A stretch of DNA of 64,000 nucleotides. Origin: a virus. A program made the position numbers and the translations under genes. Location: IMG/VR virus record IMGVR_UViG_3300022602_000003, positions 24,093-88,092 of that record. One strand, written 5' to 3'. This document shows positions 60,775-64,000 of the stretch, in pieces. Position 1 is the stretch's first letter. Each line of letters begins with the position of its first letter. The notes below the pieces were generated by a model. That model ran no database searches and had not been told where the DNA came from. It saw only the letters and a program-made list of their open reading frames with translations.

Positions 60775-61617
60775 TCATTTATTAACTGTTAGCTTGTACT
60801 TCTTGTACGCGAACTGAGAAAGAGAGACTCCTTCATATCGCTTGCACAAATAGTTTAAACTTACGAACATTGGGTCATAAGACCCATCGCGTACTTCGTG
60901 CTTAATAATAATGCCACGCCAGTGAGCGTTGCCTTGATAGCCCTTGTAGTCTTCATTGTGAATATAGCAAGCGCCAGCAACTAGACCGTGCTGAGCAATT
61001 CCATTGACATATCGCATGCCATAAAGCAAAGTCTGCTGGTGTCCCATCGTAAATGATGTGCCAATTGTCTTAAGACGCGACTCAATCATTCCGCCGTAAG
61101 GAATACCAGTCATTGGATTGTAGAAGTAGTGAGCATAATGAATTCCATCAATGTTCACTGGCTTTAAGAACGGGTGCACCGTCCAGCCGCATTCTTCATA
61201 ATTTAAGTCATCAACGCTAAGAACGCCTTCAAGTTTGGCTGTTCTGCTCGTGGCTTTTTCAATTCGATTTTCGTGGTTACCAAGAAGTATATTTCTTTCT
61301 GGCTTCCAGAGGACTCTGTGCGCTTTAGCTCGTTGCTTGTTGTAATCGACTAAAGGCTGGTTAAGAATAGAAAAACCAAGGTTAGCAAATTGAATATCAA
61401 TTTCATACCGTCGACCTTCCATTTCTCGTTTGCCTTCATCGTACATCGAAAGACTTGGCATATCAGCGTGGTCGCCTAAGTGAATAATTTTCACGTTAGA
61501 CTTGCCACCAAATTCATCAACAATATACTGACCAATCCAAGACAAGTGGTCAAACGGTACACCTTCTCGGCATTGTGTGTCAGGAATCACAACATGCGTT
61601 GCGGACATGTCTTCCAT
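60775..61617 (-). CDS. Calcineurin-like metallophosphoesterase
   Basis: IPDTQ, LGDHAD, GNHE, GHQQ. Confidence 0.88.
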   Translation of the reverse strand: MEDMSATHVVIPDTQCREGVPFDHLSWIGQYIVDEFGGKSNVKIIHLGDHADMPSLSMYDEGKREMEGRRYEIDIQFANLGFSILNQPLVDYNKQRAKAHRVLWKPERNILLGNHENRIEKATSRTAKLEGVLSVDDLNYEECGWTVHPFLKPVNIDGIHYAHYFYNPMTGIPYGGMIESRLKTIGTSFTMGHQQTLLYGMRYVNGIAQHGLVAGACYIHNEDYKGYQGNAHWRGIIIKHEVRDGSYDPMFVSLNYLCKRYEGVSLSQFAYKKYKLTVNK

Positions 61618-61653
61618 CTTTGCACCTCCAATGTGCGTTAGTTATATACTAAA

Positions 61654-62136
61654 TTATTTTTCGTCTTCGTTTTTATCTGGTACAGTATTACTTGTTGCAG
61701 ATGAAATTAGACCGCGCACATACTTTTCTGCTTCAAAGTCAGACGCAGTTGTTGTGTGCACTCCGCCAGGTCCACGGTGATGAAAAAGACAAAGCCATAC
61801 TAGATTCTCTGCACTTTCAACCCACGCGCCAACTTCATTTGGGTCTGACACGCCAGGATAGTCTACTTCAAGCCATTGAAGGTCTACACCATTTTGAAGA
61901 GAGAATTCGATATGCGCGTGATGAAGTTCAAGTGGCTTATCAAGTGCGCACTCAGAAAAGTCGCCACGATGTAGACCTACGGCACATTGAGCAGTGTCTT
62001 TTGTTTTGCGACGATACGCATTGAAGTCTTTGTAGTGCGGGTCGCCGTCACGAGGAGCATGTTCTGGATAGTGAACGACGTAGTGGCGTGTAATCTTTTG
62101 GTCGTGCGCAGGGACTACGTTATTTTCTTCGGTCAA
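61654..62136 (-). CDS. HNH-like His/Cys-rich protein
   Basis: LELHH.HIE...NL.WLC..HHRG..GVH. Confidence 0.55.
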   Translation of the reverse strand: MTEENNVVPAHDQKITRHYVVHYPEHAPRDGDPHYKDFNAYRRKTKDTAQCAVGLHRGDFSECALDKPLELHHAHIEFSLQNGVDLQWLEVDYPGVSDPNEVGAWVESAENLVWLCLFHHRGPGGVHTTTASDFEAEKYVRGLISSATSNTVPDKNEDEK

Positions 62137-62143
62137 AAACCTC

Positions 62144-62464
62144 TTAGCTTAAAAGCGTCATTGCTGATTGAGTCACCGTGATTGAGCCAGAAATCAACGC
62201 CTGGCCAGTACCGGTTGATTGCCATTCCCAGACCCAAGTCCCAGGAAAGCCAGTGGTATCTACTTCTGCAACGTAATTTCCAACACTTGGATTAGTGACC
62301 GCGTCACTAACACCGTATTTAAGAATAGTAATTGAGCCACCGTTGATTCTGTATCCAAAAGCAACATTTGTTGGGTCAATTGGATTGCCAGTTGCTTCTG
62401 TGGTGAATGCCACAGAAAAGTTAAGAACATTACCTTCTACAAATGTGTTTGCGTTGCTAACCAT
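62144..62464 (-). CDS. Ig-like beta-sandwich virion protein
   Basis: Beta-rich pattern IDPT...VGNY...T..PG.W...W..TG. Confidence 0.55.
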   Translation of the reverse strand: MVSNANTFVEGNVLNFSVAFTTEATGNPIDPTNVAFGYRINGGSITILKYGVSDAVTNPSVGNYVAEVDTTGFPGTWVWEWQSTGTGQALISGSITVTQSAMTLLS

Positions 62465-62473
62465 AGCACAATT

Positions 62474-63994
62474 CTATACTATTGATGCTTTAGTTAATGT
62501 GACAACTTCAATTCCGTCTTCTATAGTCTCAGTTTTGTTTACTACGTTTATGCTAGTACTTACAGAATAATTTGTTGATGTGTAACCATTTGTTACGCAA
62601 TTCGTTGCCACTCTGGCCGCTGTGGCGTAACTTGTCGTATTGACCGCATAAAGCATGCGGTTTGGCAGAAATACTGTGCCAATTCCTGCCGCTACAAATG
62701 TGGACGAAAGAGAAGCGGTACCAAGCAAATAAGTTGACGCTGAACCGTGAGAAGCAAATGAGCCAGTAAGTTGGCCAGAACCAAATAAAGCAGCAGCGCC
62801 GGCACCGTATGAGCTAAACGTGACTGTAAGACTTCCAGTTGCTGAATGCACAACAACACCGTTTGCCGTACCAGTAAATGAAGTACTTATCGAACCGGAG
62901 CCACGAGTAATGACAACGCCGTTTGCAGAACTACTAAACGAACTTGAGATTGAACCAGATGCTGGAACAAATGCCGTCGCGGTACCTAAGGCTGAATAAG
63001 TCGATGCAACTGAACCGTTCCCAGGAATAAATACAGTTGCGGAGGCATTTGCAGAGAACGACGATAAAAGACTAGAAGTACCTTGCGTGACTTCTGAGCC
63101 GGAGGCGCTAGAACTAAACGTCGATAAAAGTTGACCATTTGCCGGAACAAATGCGGTCGCGGTTGCTGACGCAGAAAATGATGAAGAAATTGAACTGGAA
63201 GCAGGCACGTATGACGTTCCAGTTGCAGCACTGTTAAACGAACTTGAGATTTGCCCAGTACCGTTTGAAATTATGAGACCAGTTGCTTGAGCAGAGAATG
63301 ATGATGATATTGCGCCACTTGCGTTGCCAACAACAGTTGCCGTCGCATTTGCTGAGAACGTCGAGCTTAATTGTGCAGTCCCAGGCTCGTATGCGTTACC
63401 AGTTGCTGATGCGCTAAATGAACCGCTTACGCTGCCAGTTGCTGGCAAACTAGCGGAACCTATAGCGCTTGAACTAAATGTTGTTGCGACTACGCCAGCA
63501 CCAGGAAGTGAAGCACTTCCGTTTGCTGTCAAATTAAATGAAGAAGAAATAGCTCCAGACGCAGATAAATACGCTGTTGCCGTTGCACTTAACGTTGTTG
63601 ATGCGCTAAATGAGCCTTGCCCCGGAATAAATGTTGTCGAAGTACCGTTTGCAGAAAAAGCGCTTGAAATCGCGCCTGTTGCTGGGACATAAGTTGTTGC
63701 TGACGCGCTCGCTGAAAACGAACTTGTAAGATTTCCACTAGCTGGCTCGAAAACTGTTGCAGCCGCGCTGGCGTTGAAACTAGCGGCAAAACTTGCACTG
63801 GCTGTGTTGATAATTGTTCCGGCAGCACTAGCCTCAAAATCAGCAGATGCCGACCCGGTAGCAGGTTCGACAATTGTGCCGGTTGCGCTGGCCGAGAACG
63901 AGGCATTGAGGCTACCCGAGCCCGAGGTTGTGACCGATGGGATTCCGTAGGCTTGACCTAGGTAGGGCAGACCAAGATAGTTTGCACCGAGCAT
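62474..63994 (-). CDS. Ser/Ala/Thr-rich fibre-like protein with about 21 tandem 20-aa repeats
   Basis: Repeat unit e.g. SGNLTSSFSASASATTYVPA. Confidence 0.75.
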   Translation of the reverse strand: MLGANYLGLPYLGQAYGIPSVTTSGSGSLNASFSASATGTIVEPATGSASADFEASAAGTIINTASASFAASFNASAAATVFEPASGNLTSSFSASASATTYVPATGAISSAFSANGTSTTFIPGQGSFSASTTLSATATAYLSASGAISSSFNLTANGSASLPGAGVVATTFSSSAIGSASLPATGSVSGSFSASATGNAYEPGTAQLSSTFSANATATVVGNASGAISSSFSAQATGLIISNGTGQISSSFNSAATGTSYVPASSSISSSFSASATATAFVPANGQLLSTFSSSASGSEVTQGTSSLLSSFSANASATVFIPGNGSVASTYSALGTATAFVPASGSISSSFSSSANGVVITRGSGSISTSFTGTANGVVVHSATGSLTVTFSSYGAGAAALFGSGQLTGSFASHGSASTYLLGTASLSSTFVAAGIGTVFLPNRMLYAVNTTSYATAARVATNCVTNGYTSTNYSVSTSINVVNKTETIEDGIEVVTLTKASIV

Positions 63995-64000
63995 GGGTCA

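Overview
A 64-kb segment of a large tailed-phage genome. The host is probably in Actinomycetota (two WhiB genes, an Rpf-like glycosylase, an MSMEG_6728-type glycosylase, an actinobacterial-type Ino1). Layout: head-packaging module on the minus strand (TerS, TerL, a portal-MuF-ParB fusion, then two giant effector polyproteins; 1-16162); clusters of small early genes behind a repeated 30-bp promoter (16.5-24.5 kb, 43-45.5 kb); a transcription divergence region with a perfect 18-bp hairpin (25-26.7 kb); a plus-strand block with WhiBs, Zn-binding mini-proteins and a primase-helicase (26.7-34.9 kb); a second effector cluster (35.3-41.8 kb); DNA modification, recombination, replication and nucleotide genes (45.6-61.6 kb); and virion-type genes at the right end. 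Two things stand out. (1) One peptide tag, hydrophobic-x-K|(Y/E/R)...(P/E/A/S)RDxHGR(F/W), occurs 14 times in 8 genes. It sits in front of every effector module (3 GNAT, Zn-peptidase, 3 DUF3626-like, ADP-ribosyltransferase, ParB-like, zeta-toxin kinase, 4 unknown small cargos). This suggests a modular system in which effectors are loaded into the capsid and released by protease cleavage. The >1460-aa leftmost polyprotein is absent from the ORF track because it runs off the window. (2) A base-hypermodification cluster couples a hydroxymethyl-pyrimidine DNA kinase and an aGPT-Pplase2/AADT-type transferase with myo-inositol-1-phosphate synthase, a HAD phosphatase and an FkbM methyltransferase, suggesting an inositol-derived DNA modification. 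All family assignments come from motif recognition by eye; no database searches were run.
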